This document shows, in pieces, positions 28,420-39,529 of a DNA stretch of 64,000 bases. Source of the stretch: Elusimicrobiaceae bacterium (GTDB lineage: Bacteria > Elusimicrobiota > Elusimicrobia > Elusimicrobiales > Elusimicrobiaceae); NCBI GenBank assembly GCA_016283355.1, contig JAEEMS010000026.1, positions 28,947-92,946 of the forward strand, read 5' to 3'. Every line of letters begins with the position of its first letter. Within the stretch, counting starts at the first letter, position 1. The position numbers were made by a program, and so were the translations under genes. Below the pieces are notes generated by a model that saw nothing but the letters and a program-made list of their open reading frames with translations, was not told the DNA's origin and did no database searches.

Positions 28420-30461
28420 TATTTTACCTCCAATCCGATGGACCTGAGGAAGGGTTTATTGTCCACTTTTCTGCCTAAGAAATTTTCTACCAAGGTTTCT
28501 TCTTCCAACGTTCCGCCTTTTTCCAAAATTTCACGACGGTATTTCATCCCGATTTCCGGATTAAAAATACCATTTTTTTCAAACTCGCTGAAGAAATCTT
28601 CCGCAATTACCTCCGACCACAAATATCCATAATAACCTGCATCGTATCCACCCATAATGTGACCGAAAGAGGCCTGCGGAATCGTATTTTTGGTAAGGGG
28701 TAAACGACGAATCTTTTTTGTCAAATCAAAGTACGTTTTTGTTGTATCCAACGTTTTAGGCGCCGTATGAAGGGTCATATCATATTGGGCAAAAAAGTTT
28801 TGCCGCAAATAAGCCCCGCCCGAACCAAAATTTTTAGCTTTGATCATTCGTTTAATTAAATCATCTGGCAACGGTTCTCCCGTTTTATAATGTTTGCTGA
28901 TTTGTTTGAGTACCGTCGGATTCCAAACCCAGCGTTCCAAAAGTTGGCTGGGAGCTTCCACAAAATCCCAACTGGTATTGGCCCCGGCAAATGCGCCGTA
29001 TTTGGCTTTGGTAAGTGCATTGTGCAACACGTGCCCGAATTCATGAAACAACGTTTCCACTTCGCTATGCTTGAGCAAAGAAGGTGTTGTGGCAGACGGT
29101 TTGTTCATATTGGCAACAATAGCCACAAATGGGATTTGATACGTGCCGTCTTCTTTTTCTTCCCCATTAACAAGGTCGAAACAAGCCGCATGTTTGTATT
29201 TCCCTTCGCGGGGGTACAAATCCATATAGAAATACGCTACCAGCGCACCGGAATTTTTATCCTTGATTTGAAACGCTTTTACATCCGGATGCCACGTAGG
29301 GATTTGGACCGGTTCAAATACAATGCCAAACAAATTGCCAAACAAGGAAAGCATCCCGTCGATAACCACTTGCGAAGGGAAGTATTCCTTAATTTTTTCG
29401 CTGTCTAAATCCAAATATTCTTTGCGGTATTTATTGCTCCAGTAACCCGATTCCCACGGATAAAGCGTGCGGAATTTTTTGCCGGTTTTCTTATTTTTAT
29501 AGGAAATCATTTCTTTATCTTCTTTTTTGGCAAGCGGTTGCAATTTTTTCTCTAAATCTTTCAAGAAGACCGTTACATTTTTAGGATCTTTTGCCATCCG
29601 GTTTTTCAATTTTAAATGAGCATGCGTCGGATATCCTAACAAATGCGCTGTTTCCCGGCGAAGAGTGAGGGTGTTTTCCAAAAGCCCCACGTTATCCTGC
29701 CCTCCGCGGCGGCCATATTTATATTCAAGGGTACGGCGCATATCTTCGTCATCTGCGTTGAGCATAAAGGGAACATAGTCCGGATAATCCAACGTAACAA
29801 TATATTTTCCGTCTTCTGTCTTTTCTAATTTTTCAATGTAGTCATCCGGCAATCCTTTTAACTGCTCTTTTGTCATAACGGTAGGATCTTTATACTCTTG
29901 AATATTTTTATCAAAGTTAATCACGTATTCCGCTTCTTTTTTATTGAGTTCTTTAAATTTCTCTAAATCCGCATCGTTCAAATCCATCCCGCTGTTATGA
30001 AACCCTATCAACATTTCTTTTACCAGTTTGGCTTGTACGGGATCCAGTTGCGGTTTTGTATCCGTATATTCACGGATAGCTTTATATACATCCCGGCGGG
30101 TAGCTACATCTACCATATATTGCGAGATCTGCATTTGCATAGCTTTGGCCGTATCGCGGAAGTTTTTATCGGTAGATACATATGACAAAAACCCGCTCAT
30201 CCCCAGTGCATCGCCGTATTTATCAAACGCACGTTCGTAACCCATAATCGTATTTTCAAAAGTTCGTTTTTCAGCCGGGATAGAAATCAATGCGGCTAGA
30301 TCTTTTTCCAGTTGCTCTCGGGCCGCGGCTTCGGCCGGTGCTAATTCCTCGGCTTTATAATCGAAGTGCAAAACACCGTTTTGGAACATATTTTTCATAG
30401 CAAATACTCCTGTGGTAGAGAAAAGAAAAACAACGAGTAAAATAAGTTTTGTATTTTTCAT
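28419..30461 (-). CDS. M3A metallopeptidase (thimet oligopeptidase/oligopeptidase A-like) with signal peptide
   Basis: LFHEFGH (HExxH), DFVEAPSQLLE, YDAGYYGYLWSEV, FLGR. Confidence 0.93.
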   Translation of the reverse strand: MKNTKLILLVVFLFSTTGVFAMKNMFQNGVLHFDYKAEELAPAEAAAREQLEKDLAALISIPAEKRTFENTIMGYERAFDKYGDALGMSGFLSYVSTDKNFRDTAKAMQMQISQYMVDVATRRDVYKAIREYTDTKPQLDPVQAKLVKEMLIGFHNSGMDLNDADLEKFKELNKKEAEYVINFDKNIQEYKDPTVMTKEQLKGLPDDYIEKLEKTEDGKYIVTLDYPDYVPFMLNADDEDMRRTLEYKYGRRGGQDNVGLLENTLTLRRETAHLLGYPTHAHLKLKNRMAKDPKNVTVFLKDLEKKLQPLAKKEDKEMISYKNKKTGKKFRTLYPWESGYWSNKYRKEYLDLDSEKIKEYFPSQVVIDGMLSLFGNLFGIVFEPVQIPTWHPDVKAFQIKDKNSGALVAYFYMDLYPREGKYKHAACFDLVNGEEKEDGTYQIPFVAIVANMNKPSATTPSLLKHSEVETLFHEFGHVLHNALTKAKYGAFAGANTSWDFVEAPSQLLERWVWNPTVLKQISKHYKTGEPLPDDLIKRMIKAKNFGSGGAYLRQNFFAQYDMTLHTAPKTLDTTKTYFDLTKKIRRLPLTKNTIPQASFGHIMGGYDAGYYGYLWSEVIAEDFFSEFEKNGIFNPEIGMKYRREILEKGGTLEEETLVENFLGRKVDNKPFLRSIGLEVK

Positions 30462-30597
30462 ACTAATATATTACACTTTTATTGTACCCGTGCGCTAGAG
30501 TGCCCCGGGAAACAACACAAATAATAACGTCCGTTAGGTTGTTATTTGTTATAATGTATATTATAATTCACATCAAAGGAATGAGTGGAAAAATAAA

Positions 30598-31152
30598 ATG
30601 TACGAACCGTTTGTACCTAAAGAAATATTCCTCACCAAAGGAATTGGCCGGCACAAAGAAAAATTAGCGAGCTTCGAAGAAGCTTTGCGCGATGCGAAGA
30701 TCGCCAGTTTTAACTTGGTGCCTGTTTCCAGTATTTTCCCTCCCGGTTGCAAGACCGTTCCGGTTGAGAAAGGTCTTAAAAAATTGCACCCGGGCCAAAT
30801 TCTGCACTGTGTTATCAGCAGAAACACCAGCAACGAGTACCGCCGCTTGATTTCCGCATCCGTCGGTTTGGCCATCCCGAAAGAAGGCAAAACCACCCAC
30901 GGGTATATTTCCGAGCACCACAGTTTCGGAGAAACGGACAAACATGCCGGTGACTATGCGGAAGATTTGGCCGCTTTGATGCTCTCTACCACGCTTGGTA
31001 TTGAGTTTGACAATAACACCACTTGGGACCAAAAAGAAGAAATTTGGAAAATGAGTGGCAAAATTGTACGTACTACCAACATTACACAATCCGCTATCTG
31101 CGTAGAAGGTCTGTGGACCACAGTTGTAGCAGCAGCGGTATTTGTAAGTTAA
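30598..31152 (+). CDS. pdaD: pyruvoyl-dependent arginine decarboxylase
   Basis: SFEEALRDAKIASFNLVPVSSIFPP (Ser-Ser autocleavage site), GYISEHH; upstream of agmatinase. Confidence 0.9.
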   Translation: MYEPFVPKEIFLTKGIGRHKEKLASFEEALRDAKIASFNLVPVSSIFPPGCKTVPVEKGLKKLHPGQILHCVISRNTSNEYRRLISASVGLAIPKEGKTTHGYISEHHSFGETDKHAGDYAEDLAALMLSTTLGIEFDNNTTWDQKEEIWKMSGKIVRTTNITQSAICVEGLWTTVVAAAVFVS

Positions 31153-31165
31153 TCACGGATTTGTT

Positions 31166-32041
31166 GTGAGCGATAACGTACAAATTGATAAATTTATGGG
31201 GCTGGAGAGCAAAAAAAGTTCTCTGGCCTCTTGTCATTTCGTGGTCGTGCCGGTACCGTTTGAAAAAACGGTTTGCTATGGGCACGGTACCGCCAAAGGT
31301 CCTGCAGCCGTCATAGAGGCCTCCACCCAAATCGAACTTTGGGACGAAGAAACCAAAACCGAAACTTGGGAAATGGGCATTAATACCCAACCGGCTATTA
31401 GCTGTAAGGGCTCTACCAACACGGTTTTCAAAAATATTGATAAAACGGTTCGCCGCTTGATGCAATATAAGGCAATTCCCTTCTATATCGGTGGGGAACA
31501 CACCGTTACACAGGCATTAGCGCAACCGTATATTGATAAGTATAAAAATTTGAGCATTTTGCACTTTGACGCGCACGCCGATTTGCGCGAGACCTTTGAA
31601 GGAACTCCCAAATCGCACGCGTGTGCGCTTTACCCGGCTTCCCGTCAAGTAAAAGTCGTACAAGTGGGAATCCGCAGTGTAGCCAGCGAAGAAAAACAAT
31701 ACTGTAACGCCGGCAAAGTAACCACCTACTTAATGCACGAACACCGCGATATCAAAAAATTGATTCCGCAGGTGCTTAAAAAATTGACCGACACGGTCTA
31801 CATCACCATTGATGTGGATGGATTCGATCCGTCTGTCATTCCAGCTACCGGAACGCCGCAACCGGGTGGATTTATGTGGTACGAAGCACTGGATCTGTTC
31901 CGCGAAGTGATCAAACATAAAAACATTGTGGCCGTGGATGTGGTAGAAGCGTGCCAACGCAAAGCCGACACCATTACGGAATTTAACACCGCTAAGTTAA
32001 TTTACCGTTTGATGGGCTATTTGGCAATCAAGAAAAAATAA
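31166..32041 (+). CDS. speB: agmatinase
   Basis: GGEHTV, HFDAHADLR, TIDVDGFDPS, PATGTPQPGG ureohydrolase motifs. Confidence 0.93.
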   Translation: MSDNVQIDKFMGLESKKSSLASCHFVVVPVPFEKTVCYGHGTAKGPAAVIEASTQIELWDEETKTETWEMGINTQPAISCKGSTNTVFKNIDKTVRRLMQYKAIPFYIGGEHTVTQALAQPYIDKYKNLSILHFDAHADLRETFEGTPKSHACALYPASRQVKVVQVGIRSVASEEKQYCNAGKVTTYLMHEHRDIKKLIPQVLKKLTDTVYITIDVDGFDPSVIPATGTPQPGGFMWYEALDLFREVIKHKNIVAVDVVEACQRKADTITEFNTAKLIYRLMGYLAIKKK

Positions 32042-32053
32042 AAACTTGTCATT

Positions 32054-32080
32054 AAAAAAGGGAGCGTCTGCTCCCTTTTT

Positions 32081-32081
<1 letters not shown>
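32054..32081. terminator. bidirectional terminator
   Basis: aaaaaagggagc/gctccctttttt stem between convergent speB and ligA. Confidence 0.85.
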
Positions 32082-34472
<2,391 letters not shown>

Positions 34473-34604
34473 GGTTTCCCCTTAACATAAAAATTGTAAA
34501 AGAAGTTATTTTTATTTTAGCAAATTTTTAAGGAGGGGTGCGAAGTTAAAAATCACAGAATGTTAATCTCTGAGAAAGAAGATATTTTTGATTGACGTAG
34601 CAAT

Positions 34605-34663
34605 CAGGTTCTAGATTATAGGTCTAAAAGCTCCTTGAAAATAATTCGTTTATCCTTTATACT
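34605..34663 (+). promoter_or_regulatory. sigma70-type promoter TTGAAA-N17-TATACT (34635-34663) preceded by TAGGTCTAAAAGCTCC motif (34619-34634)
   Basis: Near-consensus hexamers with 17-nt spacer; SD AAGGAG before ATG 34689. Confidence 0.6.
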
Positions 34664-34688
34664 AGAAATATATCAAGGAGAATGAAAT

Positions 34689-35348
34689 ATGAAAAAACTA
34701 ATCAGAATGTTCTTTGCAGTAACATTTCTTATGTCAGTAGGGCTACCTGCGTGTGCTGGTAAAGCAGAGAAATTTATACAAGCTGCCCGAAATGGAGAAA
34801 TGAACGTCGTTAAAGAATTGGTTAAAAAGGTAGATGAAAAAGTAAAAGAAGAAGCTTTATGTGCCTCTCTTAAATCACATACAGTAGAGGGCCGTCATTG
34901 GGATATTGCAAGTTTTTTGCTTGATAACGGGACAAATCCAAACATACGGTGTGGAGGATATGATTACGAATTTAATTATACCCTTGTAATGGGAGCCATG
35001 GTGGGATATTTCCGTGATGGATATCGCGGCGACTATGATTACGATATAAGCGAAGTTCCTCTGCGCACGGAAGTATTGAGGAAAGCGATTAAAAACGGAG
35101 CAAATGTAGACGAAAAAGTGCTTGTGACAACACACAGGGAAGCGACCGCATTAACGCTTGCAATTAAGGGAGGTGATCATGCAAGGAATGCTCTGATTAA
35201 AATCTTGGTAAGCGAGGGGAAACCGGACCTCTTCCTTACGTGTAATGGCCAAACTCCGGTTGAGGTTGCCGCCGATTATCATAAATGGGAAATTGTTGAG
35301 TTTCTTGAAACAGAAATGAACAAACAGCAGAGAACGGAAGATAACTAA
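34689..35348 (+). CDS. secreted ankyrin repeat protein
   Basis: Signal peptide; FIQAARNGEMNVVKELV, FLLDNGTNPN, KNGANVD, TALTLAIKGG, GQTPVEVAADYHKWEIVEFL. Confidence 0.85.
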   Translation: MKKLIRMFFAVTFLMSVGLPACAGKAEKFIQAARNGEMNVVKELVKKVDEKVKEEALCASLKSHTVEGRHWDIASFLLDNGTNPNIRCGGYDYEFNYTLVMGAMVGYFRDGYRGDYDYDISEVPLRTEVLRKAIKNGANVDEKVLVTTHREATALTLAIKGGDHARNALIKILVSEGKPDLFLTCNGQTPVEVAADYHKWEIVEFLETEMNKQQRTEDN

Positions 35349-35372
35349 TAAGAAAATCTCATGGTAATGTAT

Positions 35373-35404
35373 ATAAAACCTCGGCTAAACGACCGAGGTT
35401 TTAT
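35373..35404 (+). terminator. intrinsic terminator
   Basis: ataaaacctcgg/ccgaggttttat stem. Confidence 0.75.
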
Positions 35405-35438
35405 GTTAAAACAGAGGCAGAATTGATATAATATTTTT

Positions 35439-35852
35439 ATGAGAAAAACTATCTTTTTAAGCTTGTTTTTGTTGATCGCGGGTTGTTCCGCGGACAACAC
35501 TTCCGCCGTAGGAGCGGATCGGGATGCACACGGTTGTATCGGCTCGGCGGGATATACTTTTAGCCCGCTGAAAAACTCCTGCATCCGTTTATGGGAAGCA
35601 GGCATCACCCTGCTCCCTGTCCAAAAACAAGACGGGGCTGTTATGGCTGCCTATGCTGTTTTACAAGACAACAAAGGGGAACTTTTCTTGCCGGGCAATA
35701 CCACCCCCATACCCTTAGGACAACAATACATCCAAGGGCAAGCTACTTGGAATGCCACCAACGCCAGCGGTTGGAAATTGACCCAAACGGGGCCTACTTC
35801 CTGGCAATTGGAAAATAATGGCACCCTTCAGTACCAAACCCAAGGGTTATAA
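35439..35852 (+). CDS. hypothetical lipoprotein (GADRDAHGCIGSAGY motif)
   Basis: Lipobox LIAGC; conserved motif GxDRDxHGCIGSAGY...C seen in many small uncharacterised envelope proteins. Confidence 0.8.
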   Translation: MRKTIFLSLFLLIAGCSADNTSAVGADRDAHGCIGSAGYTFSPLKNSCIRLWEAGITLLPVQKQDGAVMAAYAVLQDNKGELFLPGNTTPIPLGQQYIQGQATWNATNASGWKLTQTGPTSWQLENNGTLQYQTQGL

Positions 35853-35927
35853 ATTGACACTTGTATTGGGAAATTGATATAATTTAGTTGTCCCCAAAAG
35901 GGACCATTTTTTACGAAGAATAGTTAA

Positions 35928-36467
35928 ATGGCAAGATTCGATAACAGAAGAACACCTAAAAAAGATATCTACCGCAGAAACCAAAATATCCGCGTGCCGG
36001 AAGTACGGGTTATCAACTCCGACGGCAGTATGATAGGGGTTATGTCGGTTTCCCAAGCCATTAATTTGGCCCGGGAACAAGAGTTGGATTTGGTGGAAAT
36101 TTCTCCCAATGCCGTTCCGCCCGTTTGTAAAATCTTGGACTACAACAAATACGTCTTTGAACAAAACAAAAAAGCCGCGGAAGCAAAAAAGAAACAAGCC
36201 AAAGTCACTTTGAAAGAATTGCGTATTAAATCGCACATTGCATCGCATGATTTAGAAGTAAAAATGCGCCAAATTGAGGAATTTTTACGCAAGAAAAATC
36301 AGGTACGTTTCGTTGTGGTATTCCACGGGCGCGAAAACCAACACAAAGATATTGGTATCGAAATTTTAAACAACGCAGCCAAACGGCTTGAACCGTTGGC
36401 CACGGTAGACGGCGGGTTGCAATCATTGGGCAACCGCATGTCAATGACATTCGTACCCAAGGTGTAA
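35928..36467 (+). CDS. infC: translation initiation factor IF-3
   Basis: NQNIRVPEVRVI, LDLVEISPNAVPPVCKILDY, GRE. Confidence 0.97.
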   Translation: MARFDNRRTPKKDIYRRNQNIRVPEVRVINSDGSMIGVMSVSQAINLAREQELDLVEISPNAVPPVCKILDYNKYVFEQNKKAAEAKKKQAKVTLKELRIKSHIASHDLEVKMRQIEEFLRKKNQVRFVVVFHGRENQHKDIGIEILNNAAKRLEPLATVDGGLQSLGNRMSMTFVPKV

Positions 36468-36575
36468 GCGCAAAAGCGCAACAGATTTTTAGGTCCTTTT
36501 TGTAGTGACTGCGTTCGGGGCAGACCGGCTCCTGCCGCAGGTAGGATAAATAAGGACTAATTAAACAGAGGTAAT
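36468..36575 (+). promoter_or_regulatory. putative structured mRNA element between infC and rpmI
   Basis: Nested complementary segments: 36489-36498 with 36552-36560, 36509-36512 with 36537-36540, 36519-36523 with 36532-36536. Confidence 0.4.
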
Positions 36576-36582
36576 AATAACA

Positions 36583-36789
36583 ATGCCTAAATTAAGAAAC
36601 CATAGTGGCGGTAAAAAGCGTTTCCGCAAAACCGCTACGGGTAAATTCACCCACAGAAAAGCCGGCAGAAAACACTTGCTAACGCCTGTTTCTGCCTCAC
36701 GCAAGCATGATATGCGCCACGTTGGTGTCATCACGCCTGAGTCAAACAAAGGTAAAGTATTAGCAAAATACTTGCCGATGGCCAAATAA
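36583..36789 (+). CDS. rpmI: 50S ribosomal protein L35
   Basis: MPKLRNHSGGKKRFRKTATGK...HLL. Confidence 0.96.
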   Translation: MPKLRNHSGGKKRFRKTATGKFTHRKAGRKHLLTPVSASRKHDMRHVGVITPESNKGKVLAKYLPMAK

Positions 36790-36800
36790 GAGGTTGAAAC

Positions 36801-37151
36801 ATGAGAATTAAATTCAGCGTTCCTAGACACGCAAGAAAGAAAAAAGTATTGAAAGCCGCTAGCGGTTACTACGGGGACAAATCCCGCCGTTTACGCATGG
36901 CTACCCAACAATTGGGTAAATCTGGCGTACACGCGTATGTAGACCGCAAAGACAAAAAAACCACCTACCGCCAAATGTGGATTACCCGCATTAACGCTGC
37001 GGTACGGGAAGAAGGTTTGTCTTACTCCAAATTCATCAATGGTTTGACCAAAGCCAACATCACGCTTAACCGCAAGATGCTTAGCGAAATGGCCATCAAA
37101 GACCCTGTGTCTTTTAAATCGTTGGTAGATATGGTTAAGAAAGCCGCTTAA
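36801..37151 (+). CDS. rplT: 50S ribosomal protein L20
   Basis: [43 protein letters not shown]. Confidence 0.97.
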   Translation: MRIKFSVPRHARKKKVLKAASGYYGDKSRRLRMATQQLGKSGVHAYVDRKDKKTTYRQMWITRINAAVREEGLSYSKFINGLTKANITLNRKMLSEMAIKDPVSFKSLVDMVKKAA

Positions 37152-37169
37152 GTTTCTGTCTGACAATAC

Positions 37170-37196
37170 AAAGCCCCTCTTACGAGGGGCTTTTTT
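37170..37196. terminator. terminator after rplT
   Basis: aaagcccctc/gaggggcttt stem plus T6. Confidence 0.85.
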
Positions 37197-37205
37197 ACGG
37201 CAAAT

Positions 37206-37562
37206 TTATTCCGGGGTTTCTTCCGAAGGGGAAGAAAGAGGATCCGTTTGATAGGGATTTGATGTATGCGCAGGCAAAACAACTTTTGTCTCTTGTTTTT
37301 CCTTTGCACGTTCTTCTTGCTTACGCTTTAAAGATTTCTTTACCCCTACAATAAATCGCTCCAGCCGTCCCAAAACGACACTTTCTTTTTGCAGGCGTTT
37401 TTCGTGTTGTGCGTGGTGAATGGCTTTTTGTAACAACTGAACCGATTCCTTGGGCATTTCTGATGCCACACGTAAAGTAAACCTACAAAAAACAGCGCTT
37501 AGCGTCATTAAACTTGCAATTAACAACAAGCCCACAAGCCATTCAAAACGGATTTTGTTCAT
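37206..37562 (-). CDS. hypothetical membrane-anchored protein
   Basis: ATG start, N-terminal hydrophobic helix, 3 bp after the upstream gene. Confidence 0.6.
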   Translation of the reverse strand: MNKIRFEWLVGLLLIASLMTLSAVFCRFTLRVASEMPKESVQLLQKAIHHAQHEKRLQKESVVLGRLERFIVGVKKSLKRKQEERAKEKQETKVVLPAHTSNPYQTDPLSSPSEETPE

Positions 37563-37565
37563 ACT

Positions 37566-38513
37566 TCAGCGAATGTTACGAAGTTTATCCTTATTTTTTA
37601 ACATCAACTGATTCATCTCTTTATCATTTTGGGCGGAAATCTTTTCGTATTGGGCTTTAAAAGCAGCTAACGTGGTACTCTTGTTCGCAGCCCGACGCAA
37701 ACTCTTTTCCGTACGGGTCGCCAACGCCATCGCTTCGTTTTTAACAACCGGACCAAACGAATAGCCGATAGATTCTATCATGGCCCCGTTTGATTCCTGA
37801 AATTTTAAAATCATTTTCTTCATGATATTTCGGTCCGCTGCGGAAGCCGGCCCTTTGATTTCCTCATCTTCCATGCGAACATCTAACAAAGCCGGCATTT
37901 TTGCCGCCAAATCACGTTCGGTTACAATATTCCCTTTTTTCAATTCTTTTTCGGCAGCATCGGAAGCAAGTTGTAATAAATCCGGCGAATATCCCTGAAT
38001 ATGGGAATTCCCGATAATCAGTAACGGCACCCCACCGGAAAGATTATGTTTTTTAATCATCCGGCTGTAGAGCGCATTATTTTCGGGGTTGCTCCCCACC
38101 TCATACTCCGTTAAATTGACCCGTCCTTCAAATTTATTGCGGAATTTTTGCGGGAATCCTTCCGATTTTACCCGTTTGCACCACGGACAAGTAGGGGATA
38201 AGAATAACATGGCTTCCAATTTTTGCCCACGTTTGGGTGTAGCCGTCTTGGCTTGCACGGCGGGCGTGGCGGCTTCAGCGGTCTCTTCTTCCGGCTCCAC
38301 CGGGATTTCCGTCATTATATTCCCCTCCGGCGAGAGAGGCATCCCTTGCTCGGAGCTGATTTGCGCCAGTACTTTTTGACCTTTAGGCCCCAATCTTTCT
38401 ACCAATTTAAACGCCTGATCCATCCAATAAAGTTGAATTTGTGCTTGTTTGTCCGGGGAACATCCCGCAAATAAAATACAAGTAAAGAAAACAGTTAAAA
38501 ATATTTTTTTCAT
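37566..38513 (-). CDS. lipoprotein with glutaredoxin/thioredoxin-like CPWC domain
   Basis: Start reassigned to ATG 38513 (MKKIFLTVFFTCILFAGC lipobox); FLSPTCPWC, GVPLLIIGNSHIQGY. Confidence 0.82.
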   Translation of the reverse strand: MKKIFLTVFFTCILFAGCSPDKQAQIQLYWMDQAFKLVERLGPKGQKVLAQISSEQGMPLSPEGNIMTEIPVEPEEETAEAATPAVQAKTATPKRGQKLEAMLFLSPTCPWCKRVKSEGFPQKFRNKFEGRVNLTEYEVGSNPENNALYSRMIKKHNLSGGVPLLIIGNSHIQGYSPDLLQLASDAAEKELKKGNIVTERDLAAKMPALLDVRMEDEEIKGPASAADRNIMKKMILKFQESNGAMIESIGYSFGPVVKNEAMALATRTEKSLRRAANKSTTLAAFKAQYEKISAQNDKEMNQLMLKNKDKLRNIR

Positions 38514-38544
38514 ATCATCCTCTTCTTCGGTTACTATAACAAAT

Positions 38545-39348
38545 TTACGGAAAGCAGTACAATTGTTTTGTGCGCTGTGTCGCCACAGCCGCAACTTCTT
38601 CTACGTGTACATCCAAATAATCTGCTACAAATTGTGCCAGTAGCGGGATATTGGACGGATCGTTACGTTGCCCGCGCTTTCCTTGCGGAGACAAATACGG
38701 ACAATCTGTTTCCAAAATAATCTTATCGAGTCCCGCTTTTTTGACGGCTTCGCGGATGTATTCATTTTTCTTATAGGTAAAGCATCCGTTAATACCTAAT
38801 AAAAGGCCTTGGTCTAAAGCACGTTTGGCTTCCTCATAACGGGCACAAAAACAATGTAAAACTCCAGCATGTGTAAGCGTAGGCGAAGGCACCCACTCTC
38901 GTTTAAGGGTGTTAAAACAATCCTCATAAACATCATAATCTTCGCCGGCACGACGTACATGCAAGACAATCGGTTTACGTTCCGTCGTGGCTAATTGTAA
39001 CATTTGAGAAAACATTTGCTGTTGCAATTCTTTTCCCGCAATATCCAAACACGTATAATCCAACCCAATTTCCCCCACGGCAACCGCTCTCGGCAAAAAA
39101 CCTTTAAGTTGTGGCAAATGCGATGCCTGCATCAGCGGCGCATACTCCGGATGCACCCCTAACACAGGGTAAACAAATCCGGGATATTTTTGAGACAAAT
39201 CAAGAGCGGGCTGCCACTCCTGCGGGGAGCACCCTATTTCCACACTGGCCACAAGCCCGGCATGCGGTAATACCGTTCGAAGTAACGTCTCACGGTCCTG
39301 GTCAAAGGCCGGATCATTTAAATGGGCATGAGAATCAATAAATTGCAT
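38545..39348 (-). CDS. tatD: TatD family deoxyribonuclease
   Basis: IDSHAHL, GVHP, VGEIGLDY, LHCF, ETDCPYLSP. Confidence 0.93.
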   Translation of the reverse strand: MQFIDSHAHLNDPAFDQDRETLLRTVLPHAGLVASVEIGCSPQEWQPALDLSQKYPGFVYPVLGVHPEYAPLMQASHLPQLKGFLPRAVAVGEIGLDYTCLDIAGKELQQQMFSQMLQLATTERKPIVLHVRRAGEDYDVYEDCFNTLKREWVPSPTLTHAGVLHCFCARYEEAKRALDQGLLLGINGCFTYKKNEYIREAVKKAGLDKIILETDCPYLSPQGKRGQRNDPSNIPLLAQFVADYLDVHVEEVAAVATQRTKQLYCFP

Positions 39349-39401
39349 AGTTATATTTTATCTTTTCCGTAAAAATTACAAAAGAAATTTCTTTTTTAAA
39401 A

Positions 39402-39478
39402 TTAGCACTCTAAAAAAGGGGTTGACAAAAATAAAATAATTACTTATAATTTTAGCAGTGGTAAAAACAGAGTGCTAA
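39402..39478 (+). promoter_or_regulatory. hrcA promoter TTGACA-N17-TATAAT (39422-39450) with CIRCE TTAGCAGTG-N9-GAGTGCTAA (39452-39478) and second CIRCE-like site TTAGCACTC-N9-GGTTGACAA (39402-39428)
   Basis: Perfect sigma70 hexamers; match to CIRCE consensus TTAGCACTC-N9-GAGTGCTAA; immediately upstream of hrcA. Confidence 0.92.
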
Positions 39479-39529
39479 AATAAAACAAAAGTTTTAGACG
39501 GCACAAAATAGCATCTAAGGATAACAACT

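Noticed and set aside
34529-34560. Strong SD-like AAGGAGG followed by GTG upstream of nusB/ankyrin
   Set aside because: The frame closes after three codons (GTG CGA AGT TAA); no support for a peptide.
36489-36504. TAGGTC hexamer in the infC-rpmI spacer as a fifth regulon site
   Set aside because: It lacks the RGCYY second half and is better explained as one arm of the RNA stem.
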